A stretch of 64,000 bases of DNA from Octopus bimaculoides. Lineage: Eukaryota. The notes beneath the pieces were generated by a model, which was given only the letters and a program-made list of their open reading frames with translations, searched no databases and was not told the DNA's origin. This document shows, one piece after another, positions 1 through 10,934 of the stretch. A program made the position numbers and the translations under genes. The first letter of the stretch is position 1; each line of letters begins with the position of its first letter. The stretch is taken from assembly GCF_001194135.2 (NCBI RefSeq), contig NC_068990.1, positions 16,961,634 through 17,025,633 on the forward strand. Direction: 5' to 3'.

Positions 1-76
<76 letters not shown>

Positions 77-842
77 GCCATCCACTCATGACCGAAGAAG
101 ACCATTGCTGACCTTCAGGAATATTGTGCACTCTAGGACTAACTCATATTTTGCCTTTTCGGCTCTGTTGGTGGCTAATGAGCCCTGCTCTTAACAAGCA
201 TACATACATACATACATACATACATACATACATACATACATACATACATACATACATTCATACATACATACATACACACACGCATACATGCATGCACATA
301 GAGTCTTTCTTTCTAGTATATTACAACTAACTGAAAGTAGTGAGAGAAAACAAAAGCCATCTGCCACGTCGGTGGAATTGCATTATTTTTGATAAACAAC
401 AGTATGTTGGAATGTGCAGTGTGGTTTTTAACTCGACAGAAGAACTGTGTTATAACAGAAGTATTTTATGTGTGTACTTCAACTAACTTCTCCATGTATA
501 ATGAGTTTATTCAATCAAGGTTGGTGGGGACAATAAGTGAACAAGATTCTTTTCTACTCTAGGCACAAGGCCTGAACTTTTTTGTGGAGGAGGCCAGTCG
601 ATTAGATCGACCCCAGTATGCAACTGGTACTTAATTTATCAACCCTGAATGGATGAAAAGCAAAGTTGACCTCAACAGAATTTAAAATCAGAATGTAAAG
701 ACAGACGAAATACTGCTAAGCATTTCGCCCTGTGTGCTAATGTTTCTTATTTCATTATTGCCCACAAGGGGCTAAACATAGAGAGGACAAACAAGGACAG
801 ACAAAGGGATTAAGTCAATTAGATAATTATTTTGTACAATTA

Positions 843-1073
843 AGGCAGCAAGCTGGCAGAAACGTTAGCATGCCAGGTGAAATGCTTAGCGGTATTTCAT
901 CTGCCGTTACGTTCTGAGTTCAAATTCCACCGAGGTTGACTTTGCCTTTCATCCTTTCGGGGTCGATAAATTAAGTACCAGTTATGCACTGGGCTCGATC
1001 TAATCGACTTAATCCCTTTGTCTGTCCTTGCTTGTCCTCTCTATGTTTAGCCCCTTGTGGGCAATAAAGAAAT
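843..1073 (+). mobile_element. tRNA-derived SINE family A (full copy)
   Basis: gagctggcagaa.cgttagc...gttctgagttcaaattcc...tttgcctttcatcctttcggggtcgataaa...aagtaccagtt. Further copies at about 547-746(-), 2745-2871(-), 24746-24860(-), 26392-26560(+), 29205-29418(-), 29433-29632(-), 34150-34290(+), 39885-40085(-), 45755-45955(+), 46800-47015(-), 57985-58140(+), 58500-58700(-), 58820-59150(-) and 63865-63970(-). Confidence 0.85.
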
Positions 1074-1831
1074 GAATTATACCCCTTCAGTCAATTGTCC
1101 CATATTTTATTGACATGAATCATCCTCAGCAAGATTGAGAGACCTTCTTAGCACTAAGGGTGTCTTACGACTGCATATGGTCCCATGGGACATGCATCTG
1201 TACTGAGAAAAGTAAAAATTTCTAATCTTATAAATCATAGATATGTGTATGGCCACACTTAAGCACTAAAATGTTATACTGTATTAATCAACCAAATAAT
1301 TATAATGCTTTAAATGCCTCCATGGGCTAGTCATACTAATTTATATTAAATCTCTCTTTTGCTCTTGAGGCATAAAGCATTATTTTTAACTAAGTTTTAG
1401 AGTATTATTTTATCAGCAGGCAAATGTGAATGTGGGTGGAATTTTGCCAGGGGGTTCTCCACTGGTTAATTTACCCTCTCTAAATGAACTGAGGTAAATA
1501 GAAATGGGTGTCTTGGGCATGGAAATACAATAATAAATCAAACCTGGGGGTCATTTATTCAATTCTCTGAGACCCTTATATCTACTAATCTGCAGGGTTT
1601 GTTTTTTTCTTTATTAGCGTAATTAATAAAATGAGAAATTAACCACAGCATAATGTTCCTTACATTAATCAGTTAATCAACTGATCTAATTCTCATTTAT
1701 TTCTTCATGTTTCTTGAAATAAATAATTAATTTAATGTTTTCTCAATTACTTAAGTAGACTTAAGATTTCTGATTACAAAAATTTGACTCGACTACGTTA
1801 ACTACTTAAAAAAAATCAAAATAAAAAACAA

Positions 1832-2036
1832 TCCTTTTTTGATACCAACCAGTTTGAGACCACCCCGGTTCCATAACAGAAACTTCCTGTTTGAAAGTGA
1901 TTTAAATTAAAACCTTCCATCAAAATTTCATGTTAATCTATGTTTCAAATATCAGCTTAATAATGCCAAATTTACTTATTTTAAAAACTGAGGCAAATGA
2001 AGTGTATTTTAACAGAAAACTATGGTAACAAAAGGG
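1832..2036. mobile_element. piggyBac-like MITE (decayed left end)
   Basis: Right end ggtaacaaaaggg|TTAA; left end tcctttttt-gatacc is a degenerate inverted match. Confidence 0.5.
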
Positions 2037-2870
2037 TTAAACTGGCATTTATAGTTGATAGTAAGGCCATGCAAGATGAATATCAAACAGGAAGCCATAA
2101 GAAACTGAGTCTTGCAACAAAGAAAGCAGTTTGTGTTTGGAAACTCAGAGAATTCTTAATTCGTCCTGAAATCTATAGAGATAATAGAACTAACTAATTA
2201 AAGATTTTTAATTCAAGCATTGGTTCATTTCAATTAAGGCGAAATCTTTTATTATTAACTTGTTTTAGTCATTAGACTGTGGCCATGCTGGTGCATGGTC
2301 TTGAAGAGTTTAGTCAAATAAATCGAACCCAGTACCTGTTCTCTAAAATCTGATATTTTATTAGTCTCTTTTTGCCAAACCACTAACATATGGAGATGTA
2401 AACCAACTAACACTAGTTATCAAGTAGTGGATGGATGGGGGTGAGGCAAACACACACACACACACGATGGGCTTCTTTCAGTTTCCATTTACCAAATCCA
2501 TTCACAAGGCTTTGGTTGGCCTGAGGCTGTAGTAGAAGACACTTGCCCAAAGTATCATACAGTGGAACTGAACCTGGACCCAGTTGATTGTGAAGCAAAT
2601 TTCTTACCAAATATGAAGTTTTTTTGTGTTTTGATGAATGAATTAATAACTTATCATATTTAAGGTTTTTATTATTAAACAAAAAAAAACTAAATAAATA
2701 AAATCAAGTTATGTTTTAAAAGATACTTCAACCACAATTAACATAATGGACCCCAGTGTTTCACTGGTATTTAATTTATCAATCCCGAAATGATGAAAGG
2801 CAAAGTTGACCTTGGCGGAATTTGAACTCAGAATGTAGCAATGGGCGGAATAATCTGCCTGCTCACCACC

Positions 2871-2930
<60 letters not shown>

Positions 2931-2931
<1 letters not shown>

Positions 2932-3645
2932 CAACACAGTGAAAAAGAATATATACCACACAAGTGCATTGGACCTCTGCAGAATGTGTGGGAAGAGTGT
3001 TGAAAGTGTGACTCATTGTTAGTGCCTGTGAAAGTCTTGTGCAGAAAGAGTACAAGCATAGACCAACAAAGTAACCCAAAACCTCTACTGGCTACTATGC
3101 TGTAACTATGAGGTTATAGGTGCTTAGTGCCAACATACACCAGAAAAGGTAATGGATGAAAAGGGGAAGGCAAAAATCTTCTGGAACTTTGATTTCCAGA
3201 CAGGCAAAGTGTTAGAGCACCAAAGGCCAGATATAGTAACCTTTAGGAGGGACAAACAAAAGCTCCTAATAATCAACGTAGCAGTGCCAGGAGATCAACA
3301 TATCATCATGAAAGAAAGAGAAAAAGTTGATAAATATGGAGGTCTGAGAATTGAGATCGCTAAGACGTGGCAGCTACAAGAGTTGAACATAAAGGTTATC
3401 CCTATTGTTATTGAAGCACTGGGTTCAATACCACCCAATCTAAAAAAAGAAGACATCTGAAAACCTTAGAGATAACCTACAATCTGGATGTATTGCAAAA
3501 GTTGGCATTACTTGGAACTGCATGCATATTGTGTAAAGGACTGTCTGTCTGAGGTCCTTGTTGTGACTTGACAAACAGTACAAACTCCTGGTAGGCACAA
3601 TATCTTCAATCAACAACCTCATGATATTGTATACTGTGCAACGTC

Positions 3646-3647
<2 letters not shown>
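2931..3647 (+). mobile_element. 5'-truncated RLE-type non-LTR retrotransposon (R4/Dong-like) 3' fragment inside (TAA)n; pseudogenised
   Basis: Reconstruction across frameshifts gives LCRMCGKSVESVTH/IVSAC (CCHC knuckle), EYKHR.NKV, IFWNFDFQT, RPDIV, INVAVP, EKVDKY, KVIPIVIEALGSIP...LQKLALLGTA. This is the zinc knuckle plus PD-(D/E)xK restriction-like endonuclease. (TAA)n flanks both sides (2872-2930 and 3648-3701). It has stops and frameshifts. Confidence 0.85.
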
Positions 3648-3704
<57 letters not shown>

Positions 3705-4653
3705 CAATTTCTGATTTAGGTACAAGGACATTAACTTTAAGGAGAGGGGGTTAAGAGAAGGGATATGATCAACTCCAGTACTTTACTGGTACTATATTCT
3801 CTCAACACCATCATCATCACTCTTATCATCATCACTTATCACTGTCATCATCAAAATAATGTGAAAAAATTCATAGACAATGATGAAGCGTTTCTTCCAG
3901 ACTAGAAGGCAGCTGTCTTGTGATGTCTTTTAAATTTCGCTTTTTTTAATTTTTAAATTTTTTTTATTTACCTAAACTTCAAGACATGTAATTTTGCTGT
4001 CGATCCATTTCCACAGCCTTTTCCTTTACATCACCAACACCCATGACAATTTTCCTCCAATGTTATTAATGGTGCATGTAGGCTCTGTTTATATTGCAGA
4101 AATGGCTGGGAATGCTAAGAATTTCTTTCAAAACAAGGATATGCATGCCTACAAACGATTGTACATACACACATACTCACTCCTGAACTAAAACCTACAC
4201 AGACACAGCAGCATGCACACAGATGTGTGTGTTTGCATGTGAGTATATGTTTGTATAGACATGTGTAGGTGTGTGAGTATGTGTGTACACACAGAGAAAA
4301 GTTGAAAATGTATTACACACTTACTGAATTTCATTCAAAAATAATGTCAAAGCCGTAACTTGAGTTAACTTCACTAAATATTATATACACAGCTATGCAT
4401 AACACACACACACATTCACATATATATAAGTCATATACACTTGTAGAGCTGCTTTCCTGGTCTCCTGTGGTGTATATATTGTGAAATGGGCAAGACGTCA
4501 GTCTAACAGTAGGAATGGTCATTTTTGCCAGCTGAGTGGACTGGAGTAACATGAAATGAAGTGTCTTGCTCAAGAACACAATGTGTCATCCAGTCCAGGA
4601 ATCAAAACCACAATCTTACAATCATGAGTGCAACACCTCTAGCCACATGCCGG

Positions 4654-4687
<34 letters not shown>

Positions 4688-5126
4688 NNNNNNNNNNNNN
4701 NNNNNNNNNNNNNNNNNNNNNNNNNNNNNNNNNNNNNNNNNNNNNNNNNNNNNNNNNNNNNNNNNNNNNNNNNNNNNNNNNNNNNNNNNNNNNNNNNNNN
4801 NNNNNNNNNNNNNNNNNNNNNNNNNNNNNNNNNNNNNNNNNNNNNNNNNNNNNNNNNNNNNNNNNNNNNNNNNNNNNNNNNNNNNNNNNNNNNNNNNNNN
4901 NNNNNNNNNNNNNNNNNNNNNNNNNNNNNNNNNNNNNNNNNNNNNNNNNNNNNNNNNNNNNNNNNNNNNNNNNNNNNNNNNNNNNNNNNNNNNNNNNNNN
5001 NNNNNNNNNNNNNNNNNNNNNNNNNNNNNNNNNNNNNNNNNNNNNNNNNNNNNNNNNNNNNNNNNNNNNNNNNNNNNNNNNNNNNNNNNNNNNNNNNNNN
5101 NNNNNNNNNNNNNNNNNNNNNNNNNN

Positions 5127-5176
<50 letters not shown>

Positions 5177-5499
5177 GTGTGTGTGTGTGTGTGTCTGAGT
5201 CTGTGGTTATCCCCCATCACTTCTTGACAACCAATGTTGGTGTGTTTACATCCCCAGAAACTTAGTGATTTGGCAAAAGAGACCAATAGAATAAGTACTT
5301 GGTCTCAAAACAAATAATCCACGCACGCACACCCTTTTGTTGGCTGATCACAGAACCACATGTAATGTGAAACTCTGAGTAATGATTGAGTGAATCATCA
5401 GGTTTTCTGAAATAAATACTCTTTGTCATATGTACTGGAGAGTATCCTCTTACTCAGTTGTAATCTTAACCATAAATATATCTACATCCATACCCATAG

Positions 5500-5532
<33 letters not shown>

Positions 5533-5752
5533 CATAGACATGCACACACACACACACATACATACACAGGCACACATCAGTCATGCATGCTACAGACATT
5601 AGTTGTGTATCATCTAATTGTACTGAAGACCCCACCACTTGACACTCAATCTGGGGTTTAACTCTGGATATTAAACTATGAGCAAACGAGACTATGTACC
5701 TAGACTTGTACAAGTGTATTTCAATATTATTATTATCAGGAACTATAAATAA

Positions 5753-5813
<61 letters not shown>

Positions 5814-6966
5814 GATACATATTTAGGAACAAGAACAATTATTTTAGTAAATATATATTTATATGCTATTTTGGTCAGTATGCGTCTCTCTCTCACTGTT
5901 TGAATATGCCCATCCTCTTACAAACATACACACACACACGCGCAAAGTGCATTCTTCCATATGCATGCATATAGATGTACACACATACACACATGCAAAC
6001 ACAACCACATACACACACACATGCGTGCCAATATATTTGAAGGTTACAGTGACACACACACAAACATTTACATACACACACACATCCTCAACTATAATCA
6101 CAAAACATAAAGGCTTAATTCTTGAAGAAATTCGAAGAGATTGGATAAAGCATCGTTCCTCCTTCCGTCTCCACCCCCTGTCAGTCAGGCATGGCCTTCA
6201 AAAGGACCTCTGTTACTTTAAAGTGTCTACTTTAAATTGAAGAGGTGGAATATGTGATAAGACTGTTCTTATGTTGATAATTTCCATTGGCAAGACATAT
6301 TCACCTTTCATTCCCTTCTAATCAAAGGGGTCCCATCTGGATACAAGTACACTTAGAGAAGTCCTTTATTAATATGTTAGTTTTAACCCCTTCCCTTATT
6401 CTGACTGATAGAGAAGCTGAAACAAGTAATGATCTGTGAATCAGCCTGAGGGCCTGAGTCAGAGAGGGAGTCATGTGTGTGTGTGTGTGTGTGTGTGAAG
6501 GTGCATGGCCTAGTGGTTAGGGTGCCGAACTCATGGTCACCAGATCATGGGTTAGATTCCCAGGCTGGGTGGCACATTGTGTTCTTGAGCAAAAACCTTC
6601 ATTTCACATTGCTCCAGTTCCCCCCTTTCTATCAGGGGGAATGTTAGCCTTCTTGCCTAGAAATTGTGTGTACAAATAAATGTATGACTGCTGCTGCTAT
6701 GCTTAGAGCTCCAAATAGATTTTCATAATCCAGTCTGCTTCCTGTATAAGTTATTAAGTAACTTCTTCTATACTGAGTGGTGTTACATGTTATGAACTAC
6801 AGAGCAAATGGAGGAGAAATAAGGTTAAATGCAAATCTATATCAAAGTTCCTATGTGTGTTTCGCCATTATGGCTGTTTGGAGCACTGATCCAATAAAAT
6901 AATTACTGAGATCAATTTAATTGACTAAACCAGTTGAATGACTGAAGCAAATAAGAGAATAAGGGA

Positions 6967-7022
6967 TAAGGGATTAAAAGTAAGGGATTAAAAGTAAGGG
7001 ATTAAAAGTAAGGGATTAAAAG
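6967..7022. repeat. Perfect 14-bp tandem repeat x4
   Basis: (taagggattaaaag)4. Confidence 0.9.
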
Positions 7023-7416
7023 TATAACATACCAATGTTAGTATGAAATAACTAAAACATTTCAGTAACCAAAATACTTCATACTGGAAATTGTAATTAC
7101 AAATTCTATTAATTAGAAAACTTAATTAGTGAATAATTTTGACTCAATGATAGTTTGAAGTTTCACTTGCAATATGGGTTTAATAAGACATTCATGAAAA
7201 TTGGTGAATTTATCGGCAATGTTTGGCAAAAAAGGGCAGAGCAATATGTCATTAGACACACACACGTGTGCGTGTGCATGCACGCAAGCACATACACATA
7301 CATTAAGGGAGTAGAGCACAATGTGTTGAGACTGCAAAACTGCTTTGCTACCCACAATGTGATTAATCACTACCTGTCAGTGAATGTAGTTGGGTGATCA
7401 GCTAAGCAGATGCATG

Positions 7417-7450
<34 letters not shown>

Positions 7451-7634
7451 TAATTAATTAATTAATGACAAAAGGAGTTATGTAATCACTTTCAACAGCT
7501 TACAGTAGTTTCTCCTTTAAGGAAAATGTTCAACCAGAGTTGAGTGCTAGTATGGCATCTTAAAGCTTCCTCAGAACCATTCAAATGGCCTTGAGGAAAC
7601 TAATACAAGTGATTACATGATTACTGTTCATTCG

Positions 7635-7669
<35 letters not shown>

Positions 7670-7929
7670 TACATAATGCTCTGCACTGACTTCACTAGTT
7701 TATATAAGAATCTGGAGCATAGAATGTCTGATGATTCACATCTCCTCACCACTGAACCTTACCGATACAGTGAAGTACAAGTCTATTGAGTTCTAACTAC
7801 TGGTTATTGGTACCACTATGATATATACATCATTGATGTTAGGAAGAGCACCCAGCTGTAGAAACCAAACTGTAGCAGATGCTGGCATATGACACAGTCC
7901 TGGGGGCCTTTGTCAAACTGTCTGATTCA

Positions 7930-7967
<38 letters not shown>

Positions 7968-8356
7968 ATACATATGGAATATTAAATCTGTGGATCTTAA
8001 CTACTGATGACTTATTTAATATAAATCTTTTCTATCAGAGGTAATCAGGGATCACATACCAACAATACCAGTCTGTGTCTATCAATGTGTGTGTGTGTGT
8101 GTATACACAACACTTTTTCATGTTCTGTTCTTTAAATTCAACAAAAGACTTGCCTCATTATTACAATTTAGACATCAACAGCCATACAAAGTTCCATTAC
8201 ATAATAAACTTTAGAAAATGTCTTGCATATTTTTACTATTCCACTTACAGAATGTTTTTTTTTTAATACACAAATTTTTTTTTTTTTTGCATTGCATGAA
8301 AATCCAAGGTTTAAGCAACAACTTCTTCAAAATCCTTGCTTAAAAGTTTAGTAATA

Positions 8357-8747
8357 CAGTAGAACCTCGCAGTACGAGTGCCCCATTGTATGAGTAATTT
8401 GCTGTATGAGCTGGGACTTGTGCGAATTTTTGTCTTGAAGTACGAGTGGAAATCCACAGTACAAGCACACAAATCGTCCCATCTTTAATGTGATTCAGTT
8501 AATAAAACCGGTTTACATATTTCCTTTGCATTCTCTTTTTTATTTTTATAATTGTCATTTTACTTGTAACTGCACCTTTTCTGCTTCAAAACCCATAAAA
8601 AATTATTTATGAATGGATTTTGGGGGCTGGAACAGATTAATTATATTTTAGTTTATTTCAATAGGGAAAATTAATTTGTAAAATGAGTAAATTGTAAGAC
8701 AAGCTCAGTCATGGAATGAATTAAACTTGTACTGCGAGGTATCACTG
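8357..8747. mobile_element. Tigger/pogo-like MITE (Tc1/mariner superfamily)
   Basis: TA|cagtagaacctcgcagtac ... gtactgcgaggtatcactg|TA: inverted termini with TA duplication. Confidence 0.8.
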
Positions 8748-8924
8748 TATAACCAAGTGTATCATTAATTACAAGTATAAAAATGGTTTTATACTTACTG
8801 AGCTGACAGAATCGTTAAAATGCTAAACTAAATGCTTTACAATATTTGTTTTGGCTCTTCACCAAAGATATTATCTTTCATACTGGTGGTGCTCTGCATA
8901 ATTATGAGCAAACTGGCTCTTTAC

Positions 8925-9072
8925 ATTCTGAGATCAAATCCCACTGAGATTAACTTTGCCCTTTATCCCTTTAAGCTTGATAAAATTAAGTGCTAGTCAA
9001 GTACTGAAACAGATGACATTGACGAACACCCTCCCCTCAAAACCTGCTTGCCTTATGCTTAAATCAGAAAGT
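8925..9072 (+). mobile_element. SINE family A, decayed copy
   Basis: Same core motifs as 843-1073, with CpG-type decay. Confidence 0.7.
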
Positions 9073-9139
9073 AAGAGAGTTGTAAGCAACAATCCATGAA
9101 TGTTCTCTTATTGTTTGAATTCATATGAATATTAGTTTC

Positions 9140-9346
9140 AAATTTGGGCACAAAACCAGCAAGTTTGGGGGATGGGCAAGTCAATGACATCAATCCCAAT
9201 GTTAAATTGATTCTTAATTTATTGACCCTGAAAGAATGAAAGGCAAAGCTGACCTCTGTAAAATTTGAACTCAAAATGTAAAGATGGATGAAATGCTGCT
9301 AAGCATTTTGCCCAGCAGGCTAACGATTCTGCCAGCTCACCACCTT
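9140..9346 (-). mobile_element. SINE family A copy about 70 nt from the integrin exon donor
   Basis: gaaaggcaaagctgacct...tttgaactca...ctaacgattctgccagctcaccacctt (reverse complement of the family head). Confidence 0.8.
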
Positions 9347-9418
9347 CGCATCCATTTGTATAAATATTATATTTATGTATAACATAATATATGTATGTAT
9401 GTGTGTATATTGATTTAC

Positions 9419-9537
9419 CTGATGTATCAAAGGGAAGTATATAACATTCCTGACGATCGGTCCGGCAACGAAAGACACCTCCTGCTGCCAGGATATTTTT
9501 CTGTGCTGTTTGAGCTTTTGGAGCACCAACTAATAAC
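9419..9537 (-). CDS. Internal coding exon of an integrin alpha subunit (N-terminal beta-propeller, first FG-GAP repeat); probably exon 2
   Basis: The reverse complement has a polypyrimidine acceptor (ttcaatttttcttctacttggcag|G) and a donor (TCAG|gtaaat). The 119-nt exon is open: (x)LLVGAPKAQTAQKNILAAGGVFRCRTDRQECYILPFDTS(G). This matches the integrin alpha pattern LLVGAP...G.V(Y/F)RC......C..L.FD..G. It keeps several CpGs in an otherwise CpG-poor region. The paralog cannot be assigned. Confidence 0.9.
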
Positions 9538-10082
9538 CTGCCAAGTAGAAGAAAAATTGAATATTTAGTATTTTATAATGTTTCAATATATATATATATA
9601 CATACATACATACACACACAGACACATCTATATACATATATATATACATTTATATGACCAAATGCAATGAACAAAAGAAGTACAAGAAATGTTCACAGTC
9701 CATGTTGTTAGTTTGATGTTCGTTAATGAACGGAAAGAGTAAGGATGTTATGGCTTATGTTTTGGAGAACCTGTTTCTTTGGATACAAGAGAAAAGTCCA
9801 GGAAAAACTGGGAAGAGAACGGAGGGGACAGATCTTATGAACTACAGATAGTGATGTTCTATATTTAAGAGATGAGGAGTTATGTACTTTATTTACATTA
9901 TTTACATTTGACAGATATTTGTCTGCATCTTGTTTTTTGTTAACACAACGTTTCGGCTGATATACCCTCCAGCCTTGGGGAAATTTCAAACCTGGGTTCT
10001 CATTCCTAAGGTATTTTTCGATGATAATAATATTATTATTATTAATTATTATTATTATTATGATTATTATTATTATGCCCAT

Positions 10083-10154
10083 GGGCATATTGCTGTAATG
10101 GTTAAGAGCATGGGCTATTAATCCCAAGATTCCAAGTTCGATTCCAGGCAGTGA

Positions 10155-10158
<4 letters not shown>
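10083..10158 (+). ncRNA. tRNA-derived SINE head (Pol III internal promoter), not a functional tRNA
   Basis: Degenerate A box tgctgtaatgg (10091-10101) and intact B box GTTCGATTCC (10136-10145). No convincing acceptor stem or CCA. Followed by (AAT)n. Confidence 0.65.
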
Positions 10159-10185
<27 letters not shown>

Positions 10186-10245
10186 GATAATAATATCATC
10201 AAAAAATACCTTAGAAATGAGAACCTAGATTCGAAATTTCCCCAA

Positions 10246-10291
10246 GACACCTGATGAAGGCTGGAGGGTATATCAGCCGAAATGTTGTGTT
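10246..10291 (+). ncRNA. Minimal type I hammerhead ribozyme motif (Penelope-like element type)
   Basis: Layout: GACAC (stem I), CTGATGA (core, 10251-10257), A, GGCTG/gagggtatat/CAGCC (stem II), GAAA (10279-10282), TG, TT, GTGTT (stem I'). The left arm retains the GAAACGTT version with the ACGT palindrome typical of helix-III-less PLE hammerheads. Confidence 0.75.
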
Positions 10292-10569
10292 AACAACAAA
10301 GAGGAGGACAAATATCCGTCAAATGTAAATAATGTAAAGAATGTAGATAGTGATGTTGTTATTCTTTCCACAAACAAACTGTCAGCTAGCAGGCATCCAG
10401 CTTGTAAAACAATGTCTCAATAATGCATTCATGTAACCCATGCAAGCATGGTAAAATGGAGGTAAGAAATATGAATACACACACACACACACTTGTTGGA
10501 AATTTAACCTTATGCCTTTATACTGTGTACTTACTTGATATCTGCCAGGATTTTTAAATTCCATTTTTT

Positions 10570-10612
<43 letters not shown>

Positions 10613-10712
10613 CAGTCCCACCCATGCCTGCATGGAAGGCAGACGATAAGTGATGATGACAATGATATATACTCACACATTATACACACACACACATTAT
10701 ATACACTATATA

Positions 10713-10930
10713 AAGGCGGTGAGCTGGCAGAATCATTAGCACACCGGGCAAAATGCTTAGCGGGTTTTGTCTACCACTATATTCTGAGTTTAAATTCCGC
10801 TGAGGTAGAGTATGACTTTCATCCTTTTGGGGTCAATGAAATAAGTACCAGTTACGCACTGGGGTTGATGTAATTGACTAGCCCCCTTCCCCCAAAATTT
10901 TCAAGGCCTTGTGGCTAGAGTAGAAATAAT
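10713..10930 (+). mobile_element. SINE family A copy
   Basis: aaggcggtgagctggcagaatcattagc ... ggccttgtggctagagtagaa. Confidence 0.8.
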
Positions 10931-10934
10931 TATA

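Larger units (their letters stand above)
9859..10344 (+). mobile_element. Composite tRNA-head / hammerhead-ribozyme retroelement (Penelope-like, non-autonomous) with an upstream inverted copy of its 3' end
   Basis: The 13-bp direct repeat agatagtgatgtt occurs at 9846-9858 and 10345-10357. The left arm (~9892-10025) is the reverse complement of the right arm (~10195-10344). Between them lie (ATT)n, a tRNA-like segment and (AAT)n. Confidence 0.8.

Noticed and set aside
1416-1495. Plus-strand exon-like open segment (QANVNVGGILPGGSPLVNLPSLNEL); also a 24-nt microexon-like piece near 12201-12224
   Set aside because: Splice signals are plausible, but there is no recognisable protein and no supporting neighbouring exons.
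3970-4110. Minus-strand frame CHGCW*CKGKGC with an in-frame TGA (selenocysteine or editing idea)
   Set aside because: No homology recognised, no SECIS seen, and short open frames are common by chance.
4561-5286. Long ORFs spanning N runs (also at 18.3, 19.1, 21.6, 34.1, 39, 42.5, 44.9, 46.1, 54.6 and 62.6 kb)
   Set aside because: They are open only because of Ns and flanking microsatellites.
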